DNA of 64,000 bases, from contig CBDCCZ010000037.1 in the NCBI GenBank assembly GCA_965215005.1, positions 37,209 to 101,208 of the forward strand, given 5' to 3'. Positions 30,859-41,059 of the stretch are shown here, in pieces. This stretch comes from Kofleriaceae bacterium. GTDB lineage: Bacteria > Myxococcota_A > Polyangia > Haliangiales > Haliangiaceae. The position numbers and the translations under genes are program-made. Positions within the stretch are counted from its first letter, which is position 1; each line of letters begins with the position of its first letter. The notes beneath the pieces are model-generated. The model was given only the letters and a program-made list of their open reading frames with translations, had not been told where the DNA came from and made no database searches.

Positions 30859-32622
30859 ATGGAAGTCAAGGTACCGGAGTTAGGCGAGTCGGTGGAGACC
30901 GCCGAGGTGTTGCGCGTCCTGGTTTCTGAGGGTGATCGCGTCGAGCGGGATCAGGTCGTGCTCGAGCTCGAGACCGACAAGGCTTCGGTGGAGGTGCCGT
31001 GTCCCGAAGAGGGCACGGTGACGAAAATCCACGTCTCCGAGGGCGATGAGATCTCGGTCGGCGATTTGATGCTCACGCTCGGAGAGGCCTCGGAGGCAGA
31101 GGCGGACGCCGGCGAGAAGAAAGCCAAACGAGCGCCCGATGCCGAAGCGGCAAAGGACACGCAGAAGGCCCGGGGTAACGGCAAAGACGGCGCCGACGAG
31201 GACGTCGCGAGCGACGTAGACGGCGAAGACGAGACCGGCGAAGACGAAGACGGGGAAGGAGACGAGGAGGATCGCCGCTCGCAGGCGCGTAGTGACGACG
31301 ACGAAGACGACGATGAGAGACGCAGCAGCGAAACGCGCGACCGCGGCGACGAGCAGCGCCGCGGCGAAGGGCAAGCGAAGTCCGAAGAGGCCGCCGAGCA
31401 AGACCGGGACGAGCAAGACCGGGACGAGCAAGACCGGGACGAGCAAGGCGACGAGGACGAGCAAGACCAGGCAGAAAAGGCGAAGTCAGCTCGGGACGAG
31501 GAAGACGAGCGAGGGAGCAGCGAGGAGAGCGAGACCGGAGGCGATAAGCCGCGTCGCGGCGACAAACAAGCTGCAGGCAGCGCTTCCAACGACACAGCGA
31601 AGGAAGGAGCGGGCGGCCAATCCGCGAAAGGTCGTCACGAGAAATCCGCCGATCGCGCCGCCGCCAATGGCAACGGCGCGCAGCGGCCGTCGCCGGCGCA
31701 GCGGCGCAACGCGCGGGAACGCTCGCCCGCCGCTTATGCGGGACCGGCGACCCGGCGACTGGCGCGTGAGCTCGATGTCGATCTCAAAGAGGTGCAGCCC
31801 GGTGGCGATGGCCGCATTACGCGTGAGGACCTCAAGGCGTATGTCCGCGGCGGCCGCGAGCTGCACAGCCCGTCCTCGACCACGACTGGCTCCCAATCCG
31901 CTGCGCAAGAGCTTCCCGACTTCGAGCAATGGGGCGAGGTCGAGCGTCAGGCACTCACTCGCTTCGAACGCTCTGCCGCCGAGCGTCTCACCCGCGCGTG
32001 GCGCGAAATCCCCCACGTCACCCATCACGATGCCGCCGATGTGACCGAGCTAGAAGGAGCTCGCGCGCGTATGGCCGAGGCCGGCGACCGCATCACCCTC
32101 ACGGCGTTTCTACTCAAAGCGGCGGGGGTGGCTCTGCAGCAGTTCCCGCGCTTCAACAGCAGTCTCGATGTTCGCGCCGGCGAGCTGGTCCGCAAGCGCT
32201 ACATACACCTAGCCGTCGCGATCGACACCGAGCATGGGCTGGTCGCGCCGGTGATTCGCGACTGCGAGCAGAAGTCCGCTCGTGTGCTGGGCGAGGAGCT
32301 CGTGGAGCTGGCCGAGCGCGCCAAAGAGCGCAAGCTCCGCCGAGAGCAGCTCGAGGGCGCCACGTTCACCATCAGCAACGTCGGTCCTATGGGAGGCACC
32401 GGCTTTACGCCGATCATCATCCCGCCGCAGGTCGCGATTCTCGGCGTGGCTCGCACGCAGATCGAGCCGCGCTGGCACCAGGAGGAATTTGTGCCGCGCC
32501 ACATGCTGCCGCTATCCCTGTCGTACGACCATCGCGTCATCAACGGTGCTGATGCGGCTCGCTTCACCACCTTTCTCGCCGAGCTGCTCGCCGAACCGCT
32601 GCGCCTAGTCGCGGAGCTTTAA
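30859..32622 (+). CDS. aceF: Dihydrolipoamide acyltransferase E2 with long acidic linker
   Basis: Lipoyl domain ETDKA; E1/E3-binding motif AGPATRRLARE; catalytic SYDHRVING. Confidence 0.9.
   Translation: MEVKVPELGESVETAEVLRVLVSEGDRVERDQVVLELETDKASVEVPCPEEGTVTKIHVSEGDEISVGDLMLTLGEASEAEADAGEKKAKRAPDAEAAKDTQKARGNGKDGADEDVASDVDGEDETGEDEDGEGDEEDRRSQARSDDDEDDDERRSSETRDRGDEQRRGEGQAKSEEAAEQDRDEQDRDEQDRDEQGDEDEQDQAEKAKSARDEEDERGSSEESETGGDKPRRGDKQAAGSASNDTAKEGAGGQSAKGRHEKSADRAAANGNGAQRPSPAQRRNARERSPAAYAGPATRRLARELDVDLKEVQPGGDGRITREDLKAYVRGGRELHSPSSTTTGSQSAAQELPDFEQWGEVERQALTRFERSAAERLTRAWREIPHVTHHDAADVTELEGARARMAEAGDRITLTAFLLKAAGVALQQFPRFNSSLDVRAGELVRKRYIHLAVAIDTEHGLVAPVIRDCEQKSARVLGEELVELAERAKERKLRREQLEGATFTISNVGPMGGTGFTPIIIPPQVAILGVARTQIEPRWHQEEFVPRHMLPLSLSYDHRVINGADAARFTTFLAELLAEPLRLVAEL
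31396..31447 (+). repeat. 15-bp tandem repeat (GAGCAAGACCGGGAC, about 3.5 copies) encoding EQDRD
   Basis: Read directly in the aceF linker. Confidence 0.9.
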
Positions 32623-32684
32623 GGCGATTCGCCATGGCCAGGGCCTCTCACTGGGAGACCCTGGTCATCGCGCGGTGAAGGGTG

Positions 32685-34034
32685 TCATGCGGCTTTCCGC
32701 TGACCGCTCTTGGTCGCCGTGCTCGGTCTCGGCTGAACCAGTCCGAACTGACGCTCGCCGGCGACGATGCGAGCGCCGCGGCGATTGGTGAGATACGCGT
32801 AGGCCCAGTTGAAGAGCACCACCAGACGATTGCGAAAGCCCACCAAGAAATAAACGTGGATGAACAGCCACGCCATCCACGCCATGAATCCCGACCAATG
32901 CCAGCGCGTGCCCACGCGACCAACCGCGGCGCCGCGACCGATCACGGCGAACATCCCTTTATCGAAGTACCTGAAGTGCTCGCGCGCTCGTTCCTCGAGC
33001 TCGTCGTGAATGGTCTTGGCTGCGTGCTTGCCCATCTGCATGGCTGCCGGCGCTAAGCCCGGAACTTCGTCGCCATCTTGCTGGACGTGCGCGAGATCGC
33101 CGACCACGAATATCTCAGGATGACCAGGCACGGAAAGATCTGGGCAGACTTTCACTCGGCCCTGCTTATCCAATTCGACCTCGAGTGAACGCGCGATCCC
33201 GCTGGCTTGCACGCCAGCGGCCCAGAGCGTAGTGCGCGCGGCAATCGCTTCACCATCTTTATTACGAACGCCACGCTCATCGAGTGCGGCCACCATGAAG
33301 TTGGTGCGCACCTCCACACCCAACTCCTCGAGCTGCGTCTGCGCCTTGCCGCGCAGATCTTCTGGGTAGCCGGGTAGCACGGAGGGCAGCGCGTCTACGA
33401 GCACCACACGAGAGCTGCTTGGGTCGATATGACGGAAGTCCTTGCGCAGCGTGTGTCGCGTGATTTCAGCGAGAGCGCCGGCGAGCTCGACCCCCGTGGG
33501 GCCAGCGCCGATGATCACGAAGGTAAGCCACTCGCTGGCGCGTGATGGGTCGCCTTCTCGCTCCGCCGCCTCGAAGGCGCGGAAGATGCGCTCTCGCATC
33601 TCGCGCGCGTCCTCTATCGACTTGAGCCCTGGCGCGTGCGGCGCCCAATCGTCGTGACCGAAGTAAGAGAACCCGGTGCCGGTAGCTACGACCAGGTAGT
33701 CGTAATCGATCGCGCCTTCGTCGAGGATGACTCGTCTATGCTCCGGCTCGATGCGCTCGGCGGATGCCATGAGGACCTCGACATTTTTCTGCCGCCGCAA
33801 CATCGTTCGGAGAGGCGCGGCGATCTCGGCATCGCTTAGGGCGCCTGTGGCCACTTGGTAAAGGAGCGGCTGGAACACGTGATGGTTGTGGCGGTCGATC
33901 AGTGTCACGTGCACGCGCGACCGCGACAGGTTGCGCGCCGCTTGCAGTCCGCCGAAGCCGCCGCCGAGGATGACGACGCGCGGTCGAGCATCCGTCGCTG
34001 CCAATCTCACGTCGTTCAGTTGCAGTCCACTCAT
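32685..34034 (-). CDS. ndh: Type II NADH dehydrogenase (NDH-2)
   Basis: GGGFGG, FQPLLYQVATG, GAGPTGVELAG, WAAGV. Confidence 0.9.
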   Translation of the reverse strand: MSGLQLNDVRLAATDARPRVVILGGGFGGLQAARNLSRSRVHVTLIDRHNHHVFQPLLYQVATGALSDAEIAAPLRTMLRRQKNVEVLMASAERIEPEHRRVILDEGAIDYDYLVVATGTGFSYFGHDDWAPHAPGLKSIEDAREMRERIFRAFEAAEREGDPSRASEWLTFVIIGAGPTGVELAGALAEITRHTLRKDFRHIDPSSSRVVLVDALPSVLPGYPEDLRGKAQTQLEELGVEVRTNFMVAALDERGVRNKDGEAIAARTTLWAAGVQASGIARSLEVELDKQGRVKVCPDLSVPGHPEIFVVGDLAHVQQDGDEVPGLAPAAMQMGKHAAKTIHDELEERAREHFRYFDKGMFAVIGRGAAVGRVGTRWHWSGFMAWMAWLFIHVYFLVGFRNRLVVLFNWAYAYLTNRRGARIVAGERQFGLVQPRPSTATKSGQRKAA

Positions 34035-34054
34035 GGCTGCCTCTTCTGTGCACG

Positions 34055-34070
34055 TGGCGTGCCTGTTGCT
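34055..34070 (+). promoter_or_regulatory. sigma54 -24/-12 promoter
   Basis: TGGCGTGCCTGTTGCT upstream of the aeRF1-like gene. Confidence 0.7.
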
Positions 34071-34146
34071 GCGGTGCGTCGAAGCTCCGGCACTGAGCGG
34101 AACGAAAACTGCAAAACCCGGCCCACACAACCAACAGGAGGTGTGG

Positions 34147-35313
34147 ATGACAACGGCCGAAAGCCTTCGCGAGCTCATCTCCCGCGCAGACAGTTACACG
34201 CAGCCACTGCTGTCGATGTACCTCGATGTCAATCCCGCGCATGCGGGAAACCACTCGAAAGCTATCGAAACGCGGGCGAAGACGACAATGAATGAATTGG
34301 GGGTGCCGAGTGAGATTTCAGAACGCTTGCTCGCGCGCCTGGCTCAGACGCATCCTTCGGGACGATCGCTTGTAGTGTTTGCCGATGCCGACAACATCGA
34401 CTTCTTCTCGCTAGATGTCGATCTACCAGTCACCGATCCAGCGACGGGACATGGTGAAGCGCGCTGGGGCAAGCCCTACGTCGCGCCACTGTTCTACGCC
34501 AATAGCCATTATCCGCGCTGCGGCGTGATGTACTTCGACCGCGAGATCTGGCGATTCTTCCTCGTCAAGCTCGGCACGATTCGCGAGCTCGAGCACGACA
34601 TACGGCCGGGCGCCTCCGGCGAGGACGCCGACCGGCTCGAGGCCTCGAAGAACGTTCATCCTGCGCATATTGCCGATCGCGGCAGCGCTGCGCTGGACAA
34701 TCTCAACGCTCATGTCGATGATGTAGTGCACCGCTTCTACCGCGATGCAGCGCGCCACGTGGAGGCAATGGTCGCTGAGCATGAGATCGACGTGCTCATC
34801 ACGATGACGCCCAACAACGTCTCGCACGAATTCGACGCGCTCCTTCCTGAGCCCGTGCTCGCGAAGCTCGAGTGTCGACTCAGCGCGCCAAGCCGTCCCG
34901 ACGCGCCGCCAGGAGAAATTCTCGAGCGAGTCCGCGGGGCGCTCGATGAGATCGCGGCCAAGCGGCACGCAGCGCTACTCGATCGGATCGCAGAAGAGGG
35001 CACGCGCGGCGTCGATCAGTGCCTAGAGGAAATCCAAGCGGGGCGGCTGTCGACGGTGGCGGTGCCGTGGACGCCTCAAGGGCAGGTGTACCGCGCGCAG
35101 AGCACTGGTTATGTAGCGCTCACTGCAGATGCGGCACTAGCTAAGAGTACCGACGGCGGCGATGCCGAGCCTATGCAGCTGTGCGACGCTCTCAGCGAGC
35201 TTGCTGCAAACTTTGGCGTTGAGCTCGAGTTCATGGCTGGCGCCTGCAAAGACCGGCTCGAGCGCGAGCTCGATGGGATGGGCGGGGTACGGCGCTGGCC
35301 TCGCCGCGCTTGA
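34147..35313 (+). CDS. Bacterial aeRF1/Pelota-like protein (baeRF family), no GGQ motif
   Basis: LSMYLDVNP N-terminus, RWGKPYVAPL, C-terminal GMGGVRRW; AGGAGG RBS before ATG 34147. Confidence 0.7.
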   Translation: MTTAESLRELISRADSYTQPLLSMYLDVNPAHAGNHSKAIETRAKTTMNELGVPSEISERLLARLAQTHPSGRSLVVFADADNIDFFSLDVDLPVTDPATGHGEARWGKPYVAPLFYANSHYPRCGVMYFDREIWRFFLVKLGTIRELEHDIRPGASGEDADRLEASKNVHPAHIADRGSAALDNLNAHVDDVVHRFYRDAARHVEAMVAEHEIDVLITMTPNNVSHEFDALLPEPVLAKLECRLSAPSRPDAPPGEILERVRGALDEIAAKRHAALLDRIAEEGTRGVDQCLEEIQAGRLSTVAVPWTPQGQVYRAQSTGYVALTADAALAKSTDGGDAEPMQLCDALSELAANFGVELEFMAGACKDRLERELDGMGGVRRWPRRA

Positions 35314-35358
35314 CTTAGAAGCCGCAGGTAGCCGCGGGCCCGCGGCCAGGGGCCCGGG

Positions 35359-36429
35359 CTACCAAGGCAGCACGGTGGAGGCGGTGAGCCAAACCACCAG
35401 CGCCAGGAAGAGCGCGTAGAAGCCGAACAGCACGACGGCGTGCATGCGCCCAAGGCCGCTGCGGCCGCTGAGGAAGATCGGCACCCACACCGCGGTGCCG
35501 ACGAGGAAGACGCCGCTGATGATCATCTCGCGCGACACCGCGTAGCCGCCGACGATCAGCGCTGGCAAGCCAATGCCGACGAGAATATCGAAGGTGTTGG
35601 AGCCGAGGGCGTTGGACACGGCAAGCGCGCCTTCGCCCCGCCTTGCGGCCGCCAGCGAGGTGAGCGCGTCGGGGATCGAGGTGGCGCCGGCAACGACGAT
35701 GAGCGACAGAAAACCGCTGGTGGCGGTGGCACCGATACCGAGAGTGCTGGCGCCGAGCTCGGCGAGGCCGCGGGTCGATTCGACGAGAAAATGCGCCGCC
35801 ACCGCGATCATGAGAACCGCGCCACACAGGCGCAGCACGGGATGGGAAACGTTGGGACCGTCATCCGGCTCGCCTTCGTTCACCTCCGCCTCGACCGCGC
35901 GCTCTGGCTCTGCCACCGGCCCGATTCGCGCCCGCTCTGCGCGTGCATCGCGCACCAGCCAGAAGACATACCCGAGATACGCGGCTAGCAGAAACAGGCC
36001 CTCCAGCCGTGATAGCGCCGCGTCGCCGATGCCGATGAACGCCATCGCAGCCACCGCCAGGCACGTAGCGGCCGCATAGACGCTGCCGTCGCGAGTCATG
36101 ACCGAGCGGGTGAGCGCCGTGGTGCCAACCAGCGCCACGAGCCCGACCACCACGGTTAGATTGAATACAGCCGAGCCGAGAATCGAGCCTACGCCTATGC
36201 TGGCTACAGCGGCTGCTTGGGCGTCGCCCCGGGCGCTGGCAACTGCTGCGAGATTGGTGGCCAGCTCCGGAGCAGAGGTTGCTGCAGCGGCGACGCTCGC
36301 GCCCACCACCGAGCGCGGTAAGCGATAGCGCCGGGACAACGTGAGCACGGAGTCGACGATGACGTCGGCTAGCTTGACCAGCACCGCCAGTGCCACCACG
36401 AGGAGAATGAGATCCCAAGCGAGCTCCAT
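35359..36429 (-). CDS. Ca2+/cation antiporter (CaCA, YrbG-like)
   Basis: Alpha-repeat motifs ATSAPE...GSAVFN and ATSIPD...GSNTFD. Confidence 0.88.
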   Translation of the reverse strand: MELAWDLILLVVALAVLVKLADVIVDSVLTLSRRYRLPRSVVGASVAAAATSAPELATNLAAVASARGDAQAAAVASIGVGSILGSAVFNLTVVVGLVALVGTTALTRSVMTRDGSVYAAATCLAVAAMAFIGIGDAALSRLEGLFLLAAYLGYVFWLVRDARAERARIGPVAEPERAVEAEVNEGEPDDGPNVSHPVLRLCGAVLMIAVAAHFLVESTRGLAELGASTLGIGATATSGFLSLIVVAGATSIPDALTSLAAARRGEGALAVSNALGSNTFDILVGIGLPALIVGGYAVSREMIISGVFLVGTAVWVPIFLSGRSGLGRMHAVVLFGFYALFLALVVWLTASTVLPW

Positions 36430-36444
36430 AGATCCGGCCGGTCA

Positions 36445-36460
36445 TGCAGATTTGCTGCCG
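36445..36460 (-). promoter_or_regulatory. sigma54 -24/-12 promoter
   Basis: CGGCAGCAAATCTGCA on the minus strand just upstream of the antiporter ATG. Confidence 0.5.
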
Positions 36461-36629
36461 TGAGGCATCTTTGCACTCGCGGCAGACGTCGTTCACCTGC
36501 GGGCGCACGCTGCTAGCGCCGCCGCCGGTTTGCCTCACGTCTCAGTACCGACAGTGATTCATGGCCAACCGCATGCGCCGCACTTGCATCGTCGCTGGGT
36601 CTACGCGGCCAGGAGGCTCGTCCTCTCAC

Positions 36630-36645
36630 AGGCATGCAGCGTGCA
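36630..36645 (+). promoter_or_regulatory. sigma54 -24/-12 promoter
   Basis: AGGCATGCAGCGTGCA upstream of the sigma70 gene. Confidence 0.5.
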
Positions 36646-36724
36646 TCGTTGCCGGATGCGCGCGATGCCGTGCGTTTTCCTCACCCGCTCTTAGACGCGC
36701 ACCGCAACGTCAAGGGGGACGCCA

Positions 36725-37948
36725 GTGGTCGACCATGTAGAGAAGCTCGTTAGGCACGAAGTAATGAAACCCGACCAAGAGCTCGCTCTCGCAGCGCAGC
36801 TGTTTGAGCACAAGCTGGCCCTCTGGCGGGCTCTCTTGTCGTACGAGCCCCTGGCTGAAGGGGTGGCGGAGTTGATCGAGAGCGCTACGGAGCCCGAGTC
36901 GGAATGCCGCGCGCTCCTCGCATCGTGGCGAGCTCGCGCTAAAGAGCTGCGCGCACGGCGGAATCGGTCGGGTTCTGATGAGTTTGCCGCCGCCGCTAAC
37001 GAGATGGCCGAGCCGCTGGCGATGGCCTGCCCCGACGGTGAACTGTTGGACGATGTATTCCGGGACATCGAGGCGATTTGCCGCGGTGAGAAGGAGTTGC
37101 GCGCGCTGCGTCCGCGAAGGTTGCCGCCGCGAAGCAGCCAGCGGTTTCTCGACTTCGTCGAGCGTGTACGCGCTGCGCGGACCGCGTTCTACACGGTCAG
37201 AAATGACTTTGCGAGTCGCAACATGCGCCTCGTTGCCAAGACCGCACAGCGGTTCCGCGGGCAGCTGCCGTTTGCCGACCTGATGCAGGAGGGCAATACG
37301 GGACTGATCAAAGCCGTCAATCGGTTCGATCATCGCAAGGGGTTTCGCTTCGCGACCTACGCGGTCTGGTGGATTCGACACGCCATCTCCCGCGCTATCG
37401 AGACCAAAGCGCGGACGGTTCGGCTGCCGTCTTACGCACTGCGCACCCATCACCAGCTCAACGCTGCGCGTCGCAAGCTCGAAGGCGACCTAGGACGTGA
37501 AGCCTACCGTCACGAGATCGCCTTCGAAGCCAACGTCGACACCGATAAGATCGAGCGCCTAGAGCTAGCGACGACGTCTCCTTTGAGTCTCGATACCTCT
37601 TCTGCCATGGGCGAGGAGGATCGCCCGCTGGGCGATACCCTTGTGGATCCGGCATCGCTGATGGCATTCGATCGCGTCGTGGGGGAGCAGGTGACGTGCA
37701 AGCTCATGGAGGCGCTGGAGTCGCTAAAGCCGATCGAGTGCGACATCGTTCGCAAGCGCTACGGCCTCGAAGGCGATGGCTCCGTCATTACGCTCGGTGA
37801 GCTCGGCAAGCGCTACAACATTAGTCGTGAGCGAGTTCGCCAGCTGCAGCTGCGAGCGCTGCGCAAGATGCGTTTCGCGCTCCAGCGAAGCGGCGTGCAG
37901 GACCCAGTGTTGGCGCTGGTGAGCGACAGCATCGCAGCGGCCGCGTAA
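36725..37948 (+). CDS. RNA polymerase sigma70 factor (RpoD/RpoS-like alternative, no region 1.1)
   Basis: NMRLV, DLMQEGNTGLIKAVNRFD, FATYAVWWIR, TLGELG...ISRERVRQ. Confidence 0.92.
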   Translation: MVDHVEKLVRHEVMKPDQELALAAQLFEHKLALWRALLSYEPLAEGVAELIESATEPESECRALLASWRARAKELRARRNRSGSDEFAAAANEMAEPLAMACPDGELLDDVFRDIEAICRGEKELRALRPRRLPPRSSQRFLDFVERVRAARTAFYTVRNDFASRNMRLVAKTAQRFRGQLPFADLMQEGNTGLIKAVNRFDHRKGFRFATYAVWWIRHAISRAIETKARTVRLPSYALRTHHQLNAARRKLEGDLGREAYRHEIAFEANVDTDKIERLELATTSPLSLDTSSAMGEEDRPLGDTLVDPASLMAFDRVVGEQVTCKLMEALESLKPIECDIVRKRYGLEGDGSVITLGELGKRYNISRERVRQLQLRALRKMRFALQRSGVQDPVLALVSDSIAAAA

Positions 37949-38179
37949 CTGTTGCTCGCGCGGCGGGTCTTCGCGCGCCGCCGCGCCCCAGATACTGCGT
38001 TTCCGATAGCGCAAGGACCCGTCATCGCTGTTTGCGATGGCGGTGTCCCGGTTGTCCCAGCCGTGGTCGCGCGCGTACCCTTCCGACTCTTACGTCTTCG
38101 TCGCAACGCCGCAGCTAAGGAGCAGGAGCGCCTCGCCGATGGCAAAGGCGCTCCACCAGCCAGCGATGGCGTCGCCGCC

Positions 38180-39547
38180 TCAGCTGCCTTCGTTGAGATC
38201 CAGGCGGTCGAGGCGTCGATAGAGCGTTCGTCGGTCCATCCCGAGGATGCGCGCGGTTTGGGTTTTATTGCCCCCGGCGGCTTTCAACACCCGGCGGATG
38301 TAGCGACGTTCGACCTCTTCCAAGGTTGGGAATTCTTCCGGGTCGTTTCCGCCGATGACGATCTGCGTGCTCTGGTAGTCGCGGATCTTCTCAGGCAGAT
38401 CTTCCACAGTGATTTCTTCGAAGCGAGTGAGCGCGACAGCGCGCTCGATGCTGTTCTCGAGCTCGCGCACGTTGCCCGGCCAGTCGTACTCGAGCAGCTT
38501 GCGGGCAGCTCCTGCGGAGATGCCGCGTACGTGCTTGCCGGTGCGGGTGCGCAGCCGATCCACGAAATGCTGCGCGAGCAGCAGCACGTCGTTGCCGCGC
38601 GATCGCAGCGGCGGCACTTTTATGCGCACGACGTTGATGCGGTAGAACAAGTCTTCGCGGAAGCGACCAGAGTCGACCTCTTCCTCGAGGTCCCGGTTGG
38701 TCGCGCTGATGATGCGGGTGTTGAAGCTGACCTCGTTCGTGCCGCCGATGGGACGAACCTTGCGCTCCTGAATCGCTCGCAACAACTTCGGCTGCATCTC
38801 GAGTGGCAGCTCGCCGATCTCGTCGAGGAACAACGTACCGCTGTCGGCTTGGATGAAGAGGCCTTGGCGCGATGACTTGGCGTCGGTGAAGGCGCCGCGC
38901 GTATGGCCAAACAGCTCGCTCTCGAGAAGATTCATCGGCATCGCCGCGCAGTTGATGGCGACGAATGGGCCCTCGGCGTGACTCGATTGCTTGTGCAACG
39001 CCCGCGCTACCAGCTCTTTGCCGGTTCCGCTCTCGCCGGTGATGAGCACGCTGGCATCACTGGTGCCAACCTGCTGAATCATGTCGTAGGTCTCGCGCAT
39101 CGACGGGCTGTTGCCGATCAGCTCGACGACGCGCCGCCCCGCCTGAACCTCTTCCTTGAGGCGTTTGACCTCTTCACGCAGCTCTTTGTGCTGCACCGCG
39201 CGCCCCACGGTGAGCGCGAGCGTGTCCATTTCCACGGGCTTGGTGATGAAGTCGTAAGCGCCCGCGCGTATCGCCGCGATGGCGGTCTCCATGCTGCCAA
39301 AGGCGGTGATCACCACGACAGGAACATCGGGTCGGTTGATGGCGATGCGTTCGCAGAGCTCGAGGCCGCTGATGTCATCGAGGTTCACGTCGGAGATGAC
39401 GACATCGAAGACGCCTTTGGTCGCCATGCTCGCGGCTTCTTCGCCGCTGGTCGTGAACTCGACCTCGTAGCCGCGCTTTTTGAGAGCGTCGCGAAGCAGC
39501 TCGCACAAGCTCTGGTCGTCGTCGACGATAAGTAGTTTCTGACTCAT
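38180..39547 (-). CDS. NtrC/AtoC-family sigma54-dependent response regulator
   Basis: Receiver [36 protein letters not shown]-terminal Fis-type HTH. Confidence 0.95.
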   Translation of the reverse strand: MSQKLLIVDDDQSLCELLRDALKKRGYEVEFTTSGEEAASMATKGVFDVVISDVNLDDISGLELCERIAINRPDVPVVVITAFGSMETAIAAIRAGAYDFITKPVEMDTLALTVGRAVQHKELREEVKRLKEEVQAGRRVVELIGNSPSMRETYDMIQQVGTSDASVLITGESGTGKELVARALHKQSSHAEGPFVAINCAAMPMNLLESELFGHTRGAFTDAKSSRQGLFIQADSGTLFLDEIGELPLEMQPKLLRAIQERKVRPIGGTNEVSFNTRIISATNRDLEEEVDSGRFREDLFYRINVVRIKVPPLRSRGNDVLLLAQHFVDRLRTRTGKHVRGISAGAARKLLEYDWPGNVRELENSIERAVALTRFEEITVEDLPEKIRDYQSTQIVIGGNDPEEFPTLEEVERRYIRRVLKAAGGNKTQTARILGMDRRTLYRRLDRLDLNEGS

Positions 39548-39832
39548 GATGCTGTTCCTAGGGAGATGCCGACCCGGCGATGAGACGCTGAGGGTTGCGC
39601 ACCGGCGAGTAGTCTGAGAGGCAGCGTTCGCAACGGAGGGTGTGTCGGCACGTTCGTCACATTCGGCCAGGGTGACCGGCGGTTGCGCTCTCTGCACGGC
39701 TCGAGCCACCTTGCCACACATGGAAAATCCGGCACCTGGGCGCTTTGCGTTGCCCCCTGTGGTGCGAACTGCCAATGCGTAAATGACGCAGCGTGCGCTA
39801 GCGCTCAAGGGGCGCAGATCCGCCACAGCTGC

Positions 39833-40546
39833 TCAAGCTGCAGCGCGCTCGACCAACGTGTGGAATAGCCGTCGCTGCGTAGCCAGCTGCGGGATCAGCT
39901 CGGGATGCCACTGAACGCCAATCCAGAAGGGCTTCTGGCGATGCTCGATCGCCTGCACCCCGCCCCCAGCGACATAGCGAGCGCCGATGCGGAGGTTTTC
40001 ACCCACCTTCGCTACGGCGTAGTCATGAAGGCTGTTGACCAGGCAGGTGTCGGTTCGCAGCACGTCGTGGAGGACGGTCTCGGGCTCGATGCAGACCGAG
40101 CGGCGAGGCCATACGGAGCGCGAGTTGGCTCGTACGATGACTCGCTTGCGCAGGGTTCCGCCGGCGTAGACGTTCATCAGCTGAGCGCCTCGGCAGATGC
40201 CGAGCACGGGAAGTGAAGCGTGATCGGCATGACTCAGCACCTCGAGCTCGAAGCGGTCGCGCCGGGGGTCTAGGCGCGCGGCGCGGGCTGGCGCGGGCTC
40301 GCCTCCGTACAGCGCCGGGGCAACATCGGCGCCGCCGCCAATGATCACCGCGTCGAGCTCCTCGAGCGTGCCGCGGGTCGGCGTGAGGCGGCGCGGACAT
40401 CCGCCCGCAGCCCGGATGAGCCAGCGAGCAAATCGCCACATGTAGGCGCCGCCAGAGCTGGCCCCGGTAATGCCGACGACCGGACGACGGCGCCGGGAGA
40501 GGGCAGGGCGCTCGACTGGCGCCTCCGGATCTTGGAAATCGTCCAC
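39833..40546 (-). CDS. Class I glutamine amidotransferase / peptidase C26 (PuuD-like)
   Basis: IIGGGADV, LGICRGAQLMN, VNSLH, VQWHPE; start uncertain. Confidence 0.85.
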   Translation of the reverse strand: MDDFQDPEAPVERPALSRRRRPVVGITGASSGGAYMWRFARWLIRAAGGCPRRLTPTRGTLEELDAVIIGGGADVAPALYGGEPAPARAARLDPRRDRFELEVLSHADHASLPVLGICRGAQLMNVYAGGTLRKRVIVRANSRSVWPRRSVCIEPETVLHDVLRTDTCLVNSLHDYAVAKVGENLRIGARYVAGGGVQAIEHRQKPFWIGVQWHPELIPQLATQRRLFHTLVERAAA

Positions 40547-40560
40547 GCGCCGATTCCGCC

Positions 40561-40576
40561 AGCACGAATCGTGCCC
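40561..40576 (-). promoter_or_regulatory. sigma54 -24/-12 promoter
   Basis: GGGCACGATTCGTGCT on the minus strand upstream of the C26 gene. Confidence 0.55.
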
Positions 40577-40605
40577 TGCGGGCGCGGGAGGGGCACCCGA
40601 AGGCG

Positions 40606-40621
40606 TGGCACAGGCGGTGCA
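40606..40621 (+). promoter_or_regulatory. sigma54 -24/-12 promoter
   Basis: TGGCACAGGCGGTGCA upstream of ORF 40671. Confidence 0.65.
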
Positions 40622-40670
40622 CAACGCGAATATCTCAGACGTATTCGCGAATGCTTGAAAGGAGCGGCTC

Positions 40671-40904
40671 ATGTACGCCTTGCAGCTGTTGGTTTATCTC
40701 GCGGCACTCATCATTCTCATGTTTGCCGGCACCGTGAGCACGGTCACCGGCATTCTGGTGTTCTCCGGCGTCATGCTGGTCTTGCTTACTGCCGTCACGG
40801 CGGCGAGCAGCATGGCGCGGATGCCTCCAGTCGAAGAACAGCCAGTCCCAGAAGATCAAGCCGCGTACGCAGAGCATTCTGCGTATCAGAACCGGCACGC
40901 ATGA
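40671..40904 (+). CDS. Small two-TM membrane protein
   Basis: AAGGAG RBS, two hydrophobic helices, own sigma54 motif. Confidence 0.65.
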   Translation: MYALQLLVYLAALIILMFAGTVSTVTGILVFSGVMLVLLTAVTAASSMARMPPVEEQPVPEDQAAYAEHSAYQNRHA

Positions 40905-41031
40905 GCGCTCGCTCGCCAGCCGTGTCATGAGCGCTCGCTGTGCCTATCTCCGGCACGGTGAGAGAATGCTCGCCGGCCCCTAGTTCGCCGCTGCAGTGAG
41001 GTGGCGTCAGGGAGAGCCTCTCAGCCAACGG

Positions 41032-41047
41032 TGGCATGGTCGCTGCT
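41032..41047 (+). promoter_or_regulatory. sigma54 -24/-12 promoter
   Basis: TGGCATGGTCGCTGCT upstream of ORF 41060. Confidence 0.65.
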
Positions 41048-41059
41048 TAGTTACGGCGG

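Noticed and set aside
37952..38875. 307-aa plus-strand ORF
   Set aside because: Antisense shadow of the NtrC regulator, typical of GC-rich DNA
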